Below, in pieces: positions 53,720 to 64,000 of a stretch of 64,000 nt of DNA. The DNA lies in NCBI GenBank assembly GCA_964016885.1, contig OZ024744.1, positions 90,086,001 through 90,150,000 on the forward strand, given 5' to 3'. The notes below the pieces were generated by a model. It saw nothing but the letters and a program-made list of their open reading frames with translations. It was not told the DNA's origin and did no database searches. Source of the DNA: Eledone cirrhosa (taxonomy: Eukaryota). Position 1 is the first letter of the stretch; each line of letters begins with the position of its first letter. A program made the position numbers and the translations under genes.

Positions 53720-56458
53720 AAAATAACAGATTAAAGTTTAAGCAAAGAATCGCTGCTTTCACCCTTAACGGGATCTTCTGAAACTAGTTTCAGAAGATCT
53801 TGTTAAGGGTGAAAGCAGCGATTCTTTGCTTAAACTTTAATCTGTTATTTTAATAAATATTTGCTCTACGGTTCTTATATATTTGATATATATTTATCCT
53901 TATCGAGCCCTCTTTGGATTTTAGTCTTCAAATTTATTATTATTACTATTTGGCTCCCTCGGTTGAGCACTCTATTGACTTATATTCATCATGCAGAAAC
54001 AACATCTGAATATTTCTACAAAGAACATACCCGTACCGAGCAGGAAAACATACCTAAAACTCCTGATACAGAAAACAGGCGCGTTCATTAAAAGGTTGCG
54101 TTGGCGTGCCTTTTATTTCAATAATCAGGGGAAAGCAGACAACAAAGAGGATAAATTTGGGTTTAAAACCTATAATAACCCTCCGAGTAACCCAACATTG
54201 CTACCCTTTGAAAATGATGTCTTGGAACTCATACAGAGTATCAAATTTCGGAATAGGAGCAATTCCTTCCAGCAGGACCTGAAGAATAGAATTCATTCTA
54301 TTAAGGATTATAATGCCGTGCACGTCCACTCTGACAAAACTGGCAATCTATATCAAGTGGAGCGCAGTACTTACCATCAACTGCTACATAATGTTGTAAC
54401 TAAGGATTACCATAAAACTAATCGGAGCGTCATTAATGAAATCAACGATGCTGGGTTTAAAATCACCTCTGATCTCAACATCCTGGACCGTGCTGAACCT
54501 CTGGACCCTATTTCTGCCCACTTTACCCTGAAGGATCACAAATCCAATTTTCCGAACAACACCTCTATTCGGCTTATTAACGCTACGAAGTCCGATTTAG
54601 GTAGACTTAGTAAAAATTCTTGATAGAATTATATCTGAAATTAGAAGTTTGGCCCCTCTTGCACTGTGGAACAATTCTTTCGCGGTGATTGATTGGTTCA
54701 ACGGCATATGCAACAAGGAACATTGCCGTTTTATTCAATTCAACATCAATAATTACTACTCCTCCATCACTTTACCACTTCTTCTTAGAGCTATCAATTT
54801 CGCTAAAACACTCACAGTGGTTAAGGATTTCGAAGTTGATGTCATCCTTAATGCCGGTGATTAATTTCGACGACTCTATTTGGATTAAAAAATCTAATAG
54901 TACCCCATTCGACGTGAGTATGGGCGCTAGCAATTCTGCGGAGGTTACTGATCTTATCGGCCTTTTCCTTCTTTTCTCTATCAAGGAAGAATTCCCCAGC
55001 GTGGGCGGTGGTTTGTACCGAGATGATGGTCTTTTGACCATGACAAAGTGCAGCCCACGCGCTTGCGACAGGTTCAGAAAAGAACTCATAGCCTTTTTTA
55101 AAGGCTTCAACCTCTCCATACAGGTTGAGGCCAACCTCTCGGTCGTTAATTACCTCGACGTTACCCTCAATATGTCGAATGGCTTGCACTACCCGTATAG
55201 AAAGCCGAATGATACGCTTAATTACATAAGTAAGCATTCTAACCATCCTGCCAGCGTAACCAAGAACCTGGTAAGAAACGTTTCTTTGAGGCTTTCCCGT
55301 CTATCTACTAACAAGCATATTTTCAACGACCATTCCACATATTACAATGAAGCTCTTGCTCGGAGTGGATTTGTCGATAAGGTAGCATATACCGAGTATG
55401 AGCATAGACCTAGGAAAAATAGATCCCGACGCATTATATGGTATAACCCACCATATAATATGGAAGTGGCCACACCATTAGCTAAGATCTTTCTCTCCCT
55501 TATTATGAAGCATCCCCCCCCCCCCCCCAGCACATAAATATAGTAAAATTTTTAATAGAAATACCATTAAAATTTCTTACTCTACGACTCCTAACCTTGC
55601 ACATAACATCACAGCTTCAAATTTCGCTAAACTACCTAGCCATAGGAACACGTGCAACCCTGTAGCTAGTACTAACTGTAATTGTAGGAATCGGGTTGAC
55701 TGCCCACTATCCGGGAAATGCCTCTAGAGTAACATTGTCTACAAATGTAAGGTTGAGACACCCACGTCCCGTAGGGCCTACATAGGGTTAACCGCCAATA
55801 GATTCAAGCAGCGTCTTTACATGCATACCTATTCTTTTCTTAACCCTTTAAGAAGGAATATGACGTCACTTTCAGCTTATATCTGGAGTCTAGAAGACAA
55901 CCACACCCAATATAAGTTACACTGGGAGATCCTAGCTAGGGCTAGATCGTATAACGAAAATAAAAGACCATGTGACCTCTGCGCCGCTGAGGCCCTGGAA
56001 ATACTCTACGCCAAAGACCACATCTTAAACAAAAAATCTGAGGCAATTTCGGCTTGTAAACATAAATTGCACAAAACTTTCCTGTATTACACCCCACATT
56101 ATACCCTAATGGATAGTACGAACTATACGCGGATATTTTACATCTTGATGTGGTAGCTAAGTATATGTTATGTTTATACCATTACTTATTTGTATAGGGA
56201 ACGTTTCCACGAACCAAAGTATCGTCTTCCTGTCTTCCTGCGGTTGCAACGTTTTTTTAAATATTCACTTCTGCGTTCACAGATTGACTTTTTTAGTTTC
56301 AGAAGATCCCGTTAAGGGTGAAAGCAGCGATTCTTTGCTTAAACTTTAATCTGTTATTTTAATAAATATTTGCTCTACTGTTCTTATATATTTGATATAT
56401 ATTTATCCTTATCGAGCCCTCTTTGGATTTTAGTCTTCAAATTTATTATTATTACTAT
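53720..56458 (+). mobile_element. Near full-length Penelope-like element (RT + C-terminal GIY-YIG), pseudogenised
   Basis: ORF from 53991 (KNIPVP, FIKRLRWRAFYF, SDKTGNLY), RT FDVSMG and GLYRDDGL, CNCRNRVDCPLSGKC, IVYKC...YIGLT GIY-YIG, CDLC, LNKKSE. 165-bp direct pLTRs at 53785-53949 and 56294-56458; inverted pLTR copy at 53720-53785. Frameshifts near 54615, 54860 and 55520; TAG at 55725. Confidence 0.92.
56295..56345 (+). ncRNA. Type I hammerhead ribozyme-like motif in the PLE pLTR (variant core CAGAAGA)
   Basis: Stem I AGTTT/AAACT; CAGAAGA; stem II CCC-gttaa-GGG; GAAA; stem III GCA/TGC; predicted CUU cleavage triplet. Same motif at 53786-53836 (+), 53735-53785 (-), about 5490-5539 (-). Confidence 0.6.
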
Positions 56459-57195
56459 ATATATATATAAATTAAAGTATAGAAATTGTTGTGAGCGTGA
56501 AGCCAATAGTATTTCATAATATATAAGTTACTATAACGTCAAAATGGAAAAATAGTTAACGTAAGATGTGGGAAAATAATTCAAACTCAATTCAAAGAAA
56601 ATCAAGACATAGGATTTTGTGAAATCCAGGGAAAAATCAATAGAGCCTTAACTCAGAATAAAATAAAGTTGAAATACTCATTCTTCAATTTGGAAAAACT
56701 ACAATGCTCTGTATAGTCTTAAAAAGACTATTTCGCGAAATTTTCTGTGAGGATGGTTACGGTTGGAGTCGTTCATCAGCAGAGCTCAAAACACGATAAC
56801 CCTAAATCCACTGTAGAATATGCCAAAATATATATATATTAAATATAACTTCTACATATTTATATATATATAGTCCTATGCGAGCAAGACAACCACTCTT
56901 GCCTCAAGTGGGAAAACTCCCGTCCAAACCCATGCAAGACGTTAAACGATGATGATGATGATGATGGTGATAGTTCAAGGGGAGAACAAACAGAGGTACA
57001 AAGTCTTATTAGTTTCACGCTTTATATTAGAAAGGGGAAAGAAAATTCGACATGTCAGGCTTAAGCCCTTCTTCAGGAGTACAAAATAGAGACAGGATCA
57101 CAATGAAGAAACAGAAAAAAGGGTCAAGTAAAGACATTAAAAAAATCGAAAATGAAGATGGAAAACAAGACAACCATTTGGTAGTCTTGGTAACA

Positions 57196-57724
57196 TATAT
57201 AGGGTGATTGAAAAGTAACTGCCTATTTTAAAATTCTTATAATTTCTTTCTGAACTATAATTTTTACAAGAAATGAATATGAAAAGAAAGCGTGTAGCAT
57301 GGAGTTTTATTTAAAATTCAATAGGGGCTCTAGCATTTGCCACCAGCTTCTCAAGCTGCCTGGGAACCGCATCAACTGATTTCACCAGGAACTCTTATGG
57401 GATGGAAGACATAACTTCTCGTATTTACCCTTCAAGTTCTTCCAAAATCATTGGTTTGGTAGAGTAGACTTGCTCCTTTAACCAACCCCAAAGAAAAAAG
57501 TCATAGGGTGTTAAGTCAGGTTCTTCTGGCTGGCCACTCATATGGACCACAATGTCCCATCCATCTCCCAGGGAAGTGGGCATTCAGCCATTCACGAACA
57601 ACAATAGCAAAATCAAATCTTCAATATTCTCCCAAGTACTGATAACTGGCCAGATTTCATCTTGCAGCATGGTGAGGTACCTTTCGGCATTCAATAGGGA
57701 GTTACTTTTCAATCACCCTTTATA
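57196..57724 (-). mobile_element. Internally deleted Tc1/mariner-superfamily transposon
   Basis: About 30-bp TIRs (agggtgattgaaaagtaact), TA flanks; minus-strand remnant EWP...PDLTPYDFFLWGWLKEQVY. Confidence 0.85.
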
Positions 57725-58809
57725 TAAAGAAGCAGAACAGTCACAGCTGGAACATCCTTTATGATTTGCTGGATCAGGGTTGATTTGGGGTTAACAGCAA
57801 CAACAACTATTTCCTTTCTTAACAGCAATATCGAATTTACTGCACTATCACACTCTACAAGATAAACAGGCATACCTGGACTAATCAATGATGGCGCTAA
57901 TAATGGTTTCTTCATTAGGCACAAGGCCAGCAATTTAGGAGGAGGGTAAAGACGATTAAATCTATCCCAGTGCGTTACTGGTGTTTTATTTTATCGACCC
58001 TTTAAGGATGAAAGGCAAAGTTAACCTCGGTGGGATTTGAACTCAGAATGTAAAGGGCCGTAACTATATGCTACAAACATACTGTCCGATGCTCTACCGA
58101 TACTGCCAATCTACTGCCCTAATGATGGCTTTAATAAAGGCAATGAGTGGCCATCTACGTGGTCTCTCGACATACTAAAAATAGCAGCCACTTCAAATCA
58201 CACACTACTATCTTAATCCTTCTGATCCAAAACCATTTTTCTTCTACCAATACCAAGCTGTATACTTTTTAAATCATCACCATTATCATCATCATTGTTT
58301 AACGTCCATCTTCCACACTAGCATAGGTTGGACAAGTTGACCCTTAGGGAGAAAATCAGGTCAGAGGACCATGTTTAGCTGTTTATATTTATCTAAAAAC
58401 CTTTTTTTCATAATTGTGTGTTAAATTATGTTCCAAATACCAACTTAATAATGAGAAAGTTAATTATTTTTTTCTAAATCCCATCAAATCCTTGGTTATT
58501 TTGAAAATGATTTAAAAATCAAAGGCAGTGTCTTTCATAAGAAATATGTTTAATGAAAGGGTTAAAAAGAGAAAACACATTAGATAATGTGGTCTTAGAT
58601 AAATTTTGCTTGGAAAAATAAAAGATGACCACTACTGAAACGTCTTTGATCATGACTGACAACAACAACAACAACAACAACAACAATGAGAAGAGACAAC
58701 ACACATTGTATCAATACACATTGAACATTGAACATTTTCAGAAAAACACAAATACTAAAAGAACTGCAGCAGCAACAATAGATTCTTCTTCTTCTACCCC
58801 ATGTAGACC

Positions 58810-59743
58810 TGGTGATAATGATGATGATGGTGATGGTGGTGTAGGTGGTGGTAGTGGTGGGATGGTTGTGGTGGTGGGATGGTTGTGGTGGTGGTAGTGG
58901 TGGTGGTGGTGTTGGTGGTGGTGGTGGTGGTGGTGTAGTGTGGTGGTGGTGGTAGTGGTAGTGGTGGTGTAGGTGGTGGTGGTGGTAGTGGTGTTGGTGG
59001 TGGTGGTGCTGCTGGTGGTGGTGGTGGTGGTAGTGGTAGTGGTGGTGGTGGTGGGATGGTTGTGGTGATGGTGGTGGTGGTGGTGGTGGTGGTGGTAGTG
59101 GTGGTGTAGGTGGTGGTGGTGGTGGTAGTGGTGTTGGTGGTGGTGGTGGTGCTGCTGGTGGTGGTGGTTGTGGTGGTGGTAGTGGTAGTGGTGGTGGTGG
59201 TGGGATGGTTGTGGTGATGGTGGTGGTGGTGGTGGTGGTGGTGGTAGTGGTGGTGGTGGTGGCAGTGGTAGTGTTGGGGGTGGTGGCGGCGGTGGTGGTG
59301 GTAGTGGTGTTGGTGGTGGTGGTGGTGGTGGTGGTGGTGGTGGTGGTGTTGGTGTTGGTAGTGATGGTGGTGGTGGCGGCGGTGGCGGCAGCGGCAGCAG
59401 TGGTGGTGGTGATGATGATGATGGTGGGATGGTTGTGGTGTTGGTGGTGGTGGTAGTGGTATTGGTGGTGGTGGTGGTGGTGGTGGTGTTGGTAGTGGTG
59501 GTGGTGGTGGTGGTGGTGGTAGTGGTGTGGTGGTGGTAGTGGGGTGGTGGTGGTGGTGGTGGTGGTGGTGGTGGTGGTGGTGGTGGTGACGGCAGCGGCG
59601 GTGGTGGTGGTGGTGGTGGTGATGATGGTGATGATGATGATGGCGATGATGGTTGTGACATTGATGATGACGATGTGTTGGTGATGGTGGTGGTTGTGGT
59701 GGTGGTTGTGATGTAGTAGTGGTGGTGGTGATAGTGTTGGTAC

Positions 59744-59792
<49 letters not shown>

Positions 59793-59832
59793 AATGGTGA
59801 CGACAACAATGATGATGATGATGATGATGATG
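58810..59832. repeat. (GGT)n/(GAT)n trinucleotide repeat tract, about 1 kb
   Basis: Direct inspection. Confidence 0.95.
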
Positions 59833-60962
59833 TGACATGACATCATTCTTGTGCTATGTTTTATTCCAACGTCTGATTTCTTAATATATCAGCTTTGATT
59901 TGTGGCAATATCTGTATGATAGCTTCTTTGATAATGTGTGTGTACATATGTGTGCTCTGAATTTAAAATAAATAAATAATTAAATGGATAAATTGAAAAT
60001 AAAATATACTATGAGCATGTGGTTAGAATGTTTCAGGAAAGAATCACTTCACTGGACAGATTTTACGGGCAGGAGACCCAGGGGTAGACTCTGAGCAAAA
60101 GTTGGTTGGATAACATCCATGAGGTTGGCTGGTCATGCTTGAGGATCCAGTCAGATGAATTGGAGATGGTTGCTTAAGACAGGACCCACATGGAGGCATG
60201 TTGAAGACTCTGTTGTTCCTATGACCACGAGGAGATTATTTTACTAAATTCCTTCAAATTTTTAATCTTCATTCTAAACTACTGAAATAATCCCTGTGGC
60301 CCTAATTTCACACTGATATTAAATACACATGAATATATAATATAAAATGAAATAATGAAAATTATTGTGTACTGTGCTCAGGTGAACTACAACTCATCAA
60401 AATTACATAGAATAATTGTTTCTACTTTAGGCACATGGCCAGCAATTTGAAGGGGCGGGGAAAGTCGATTAGATCAACCCAGTACATTACTAGTACTTTA
60501 TTTTATTGACTCTGTAAGGATGAAAGGCAAAGTTAACCTCAGAATGTAAAGGGCCGCAACTCTATGCCGCAAAATATATTGTCCGACGCTCCGCTGACGC
60601 CAATCCGCTGCCCTAGTACATAGAATAATGTGCAAAAGTCAGGAAAGTGAACAGTGTATGAGTCATGATACACACATAGGATGGTATGTTTATTTATTTA
60701 TTTATTTATTTGTTTATTTTATTTAAATTTTTTTTTATATTTATAACCAACATTAATAATTGTTGTGTGCCTGTTAACCTTGGAACAGAAGCCCTTTCTA
60801 ATAAAATACACTCTATTTTAATTAATTAATGAAGAATTTTGAGGGATTTTCTCAAATCATTAATTATTTCATGACTAAGATAGTAATTTAATATAAGGTT
60901 ATCATATAAAATTGTGGCTGGGTTGGTAACAAAAGGGTTAAGTAAATGAGTTTGTGCCTAGA

Positions 60963-61085
60963 TTCTTCTTCTTCTTCTTCTTCTTCTTCTTCTTCTTCTT
61001 CTTCTTCTTCTTCTCCTCCTCCTCCTCCTCCTCCTCCTCCTCCTCCTTCTCCTCCTCCTCCTTCTTCTTCTTCTTCATCTTCTTC
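60963..61085. repeat. (TTC)n(TCC)n polypyrimidine tract
   Basis: Direct inspection. Confidence 0.9.
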
Positions 61086-61114
61086 ATGGATACCTAGGTC
61101 CCCTTTTGCTTGTG

Positions 61115-62132
61115 GCATATATTAATGACATAGATGCCAACTTAAAGAATGCCACAGTACTGAAATATGCAGATGACATCAAGCTGTACCTTGAGATAAA
61201 AAGGACAGATCCTGAACACTATAGATCTTGCCTGTAATCAGACCTGGACACAATGCAACAATGGATCACGGACTGACAACTCAAGCTAGCTGTGGACAAG
61301 TGTACCACCATGCATTTTGGGAGTAAAAACCCAGTGTCCATATATTCCCTCCACAACATTAATATCAAGAAGTCTTCTTGTGAACATGACCTGGGCATTA
61401 CTGTCAACAGCAATAAGCATTGAACAAAGTACATCTATAAAATTGTCAAGAAGGCCGAGGGTGTCTTAGCATCACTCAGCAAGACCTTTGTCAGCTGCTC
61501 TCCAGCTATCTCTTTGAAGCTGTATATAGCTATCGTGCAACCACACTTAGAATTTGCATCACCAGTCTGGAACCCCTATCTTGCTCAGAATATTGACCGC
61601 CTGGAAACTGTTCAGAGACGTGCAACCAAGCGAATACCTTCCATCAGGTATCTACCATACTCTGAACGCCTTGCTTCCCTGGGCATGGATACATTGAAGC
61701 TCCGACATCTGTTAATTGACTTGGTAAACACCCACAAAATTATTAACCATCTTGCCAATAACAACCCTGAGCACCTTTTTGAATTCCATGTGTCTAACAC
61801 CCGTGGACATGCCTACAAAGTCAGAAAACAGCACAGCCCCCATGACTTTTGAAAACATTTTTTCATGCTCAGAGTTGTTGAAGTATGGAACAAACTACTT
61901 TCATAAGTTGTTAGCTGTCGGGACACTGCATCCTTTAAAGCCTCCATGCTTCCTGAAATTCGCCAACACTACACCTGATATCCTCCCTCCATACACACAC
62001 GCACATGTATATCATGACTCACACACTGTTCATTTTCCTGACATTTGTACATTATTCTAAATACTATACATTCACCTTTAATGAGTTGTAGTGTACCTAA
62101 GCACTGTACACAACAATTTCATTATTATTATT
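61115..62132 (+). mobile_element. CR1-group LINE 3' portion; short tail copies at about 40870-40990, 52733-52810, 60350-60400 (-)
   Basis: INDID...KYADDIKLY, DKCTTMHFG, HDLGI, VQPHLEFASPVWNPY, LETVQRRATK, YSERLASLG; (ATT)n tail. Confidence 0.88.
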
Positions 62133-62179
62133 TTTAAAGTATCTGGCATGGCTGGTCACATGTATAGTAAATTGGGTAA

Positions 62180-62720
62180 GATAATACAGGATGGTATCAT
62201 ATCCAATGACTGGCATATAAACAACATTGTCAACTACTCCATGGACAAAAATATATTAGAGTGAGTAGACTACAGAGGCATCAAATTGATGGACAACCAA
62301 GTTATGAAAGAGTTAATACAACTGATTAGGAACAGAATTAGTCTAAATAGGATGTAGTTTGGTTTTGTACCAGGAAGAGACACCTGATGACCTTTTCCTG
62401 TTGAGGCAAGAGAAAGCTTCTGTATCTAACACTCATCAATCTGAAGATGACTTTTGTTAGAATACAACACAGCATAATCTAGTGGTTGTTAAGGAAATAA
62501 TGGGTATTTGAATGGCTTCTGAGTTCTGTACAAGCCATGTACAGTTCAATTGTGTAGTCAACAAGGTGAAAGTTATCAATGAGTGCATTAACAAATTTAT
62601 CGTGCAGACAAAAGTTTGCCAAGTACCAGATCTCAATACTATTCTGTTTATCATTGTCCTCCAGGGCATAAAAGAGGAGCTTAATATAGGCTGTCCATGG
62701 AAAGTCTTCTATGCACTGAA
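62180..62720 (+). mobile_element. Highly decayed RTE RT fragment
   Basis: FGFVPGRDT and LFIIVLQGIKEELNIGCPW, homologous to the 37.9-38.0 kb region. Confidence 0.55.
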
Positions 62721-63523
62721 GGAGGATGAGGAGGGGTGGGAGAGAAGAAGAAGAAGAAGGAAGAGGAGGAATTTTATGAGGTACCATAACAGTCCATCCA
62801 ACCCATACCAACATGGGAAGTGGATGTAATATGATGTATATGTATATATATGTGTACATATACATACACTCACACACATATGTATATATCAATTATCCTG
62901 AGTTGGTTTTCTCGTTGCTTTCGCCTTTGCAGCTGGCTCACCGGTCGCAGTCTTCAATTTGTCAAGCTGTCTAATAAGGTGAAACTACCTTATTGAGTGC
63001 ATTTAATGCTTAGCTGCACATTCCAGATTGCATTCGTTAGCTTGGTCGCAGCCAGAGCTTTTCGATTCTACTGAACTTCCATTTGTATATATATATATCA
63101 TCATCATCATCATCACCATTTTTACGTCTGTTCTTCCACGTTAGCATGGGTTTGACGGGTTGTCCTGTTGTGGGCAGTGTCCGGTCAGCTGACCTTCTCT
63201 TGCTCATATGGGAACTGATTCTGGCTTGATTTCTACAGCTGGATGCCCTTCCCAACACCAACCTCATTTACAGTGAGTGCTGGGTGCTTTTTTGCCATGG
63301 CACCTCCACGACCACTTTGCAGTGGAATGATATGGACCCCAGTCCCTATCATCTCATTTCTACAGCTGAGTAAACTGGAGCAATGTGAAATAAAGTGTCT
63401 TGCTCAAGGAAACAACACATCACCCGGTCTGAGATTGAACTCACAACCTTTCGATTTTGAACTCACAACCTTTCGATTTGAATTCACAACCTTTCGATAT
63501 ACATATATATATCATGATGATGA

Positions 63524-63558
<35 letters not shown>

Positions 63559-64000
63559 CAGTTCTGTATAAGCAAAATATGGTCACCTGACCTGGCATTG
63601 CCCACAACAGGAGACCTCGTCTAAGCCATGCTAGCATGGAAGAATGGACATAAAACAGTGATGATGATGATGATGATGATAACAGCATAGTCGGGATTTT
63701 ACATGTCTCTCTCTATCTCTCTGTATATATATATGGAATGTAGAAAAGTGACACACAAGTTGATATATATATAAACAAATAGTGAAAAGGAAAAAAATGC
63801 AGTAGAAAATGCTGGAGGGAATTTTTTCAGTATAATATCATGATCATCATCATCATCATTTTATGTCCGCATTTCCCTCCTTGCAAGGGTGGGACGGGAA
63901 CTGATTCTGGCATGATTTCTACAGCTGGATGCACTTCCCAACACCAATCTCATTTACAGTGGGTGCTGGGTGCTTTTTTGCCGTGGCGCCTACACGTCCA

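Noticed and set aside
55725-55727. In-frame stop near a Cys cluster in the PLE as possible selenocysteine recoding (as in Naiad PLEs)
   Set aside because: The codon is TAG, not TGA, it is not at a Cys position, and the element has other lesions.
58595-59846. Poly-Pro/His/Thr ORFs resembling extensins or mucins
   Set aside because: All three minus-strand frames are open because of the (ACC)n repeat; no splice or domain support.
60888-61118. Acidic Glu/Gly-rich ORF
   Set aside because: Translation of the (GAA)n(GGA)n microsatellite next to a CR1 fragment.

Overview
Eukaryotic, AT-rich, repeat-dense animal DNA. The SINE/RTE/Penelope repeat set and the large (TA)n-derived tracts suggest a coleoid cephalopod such as Octopus (inference). 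One host gene is present: an 11-exon SEPT6/8/10/11-group septin on the + strand (CDS 7135-45643, 418 aa, all introns GT-AG and phase-consistent), with a 22.9-kb first intron that holds two candidate alternative first exons. The rest is transposon-derived: a split CRE-like RLE non-LTR element with nested LTR remnants (1.4-4.9 kb), a near full-length Penelope-like element (PLE, 53.7-56.5 kb), RTE and CR1 LINE fragments, CORE- and Nin/Deu-type SINEs, piggyBac-, Tc1/mariner- and Helitron-type non-autonomous elements, and microsatellites. The most notable signals are many PLE-derived hammerhead ribozyme (HHR) motifs, including a family-fixed CAGAAGA core variant and an apparent orientation bias relative to the septin, plus several long hairpins and inverted repeat pairs within the septin pre-mRNA. 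The long Y/I/H/T/C/V/M-rich ORFs are microsatellite artefacts. All calls were made by eye, with no database searches.
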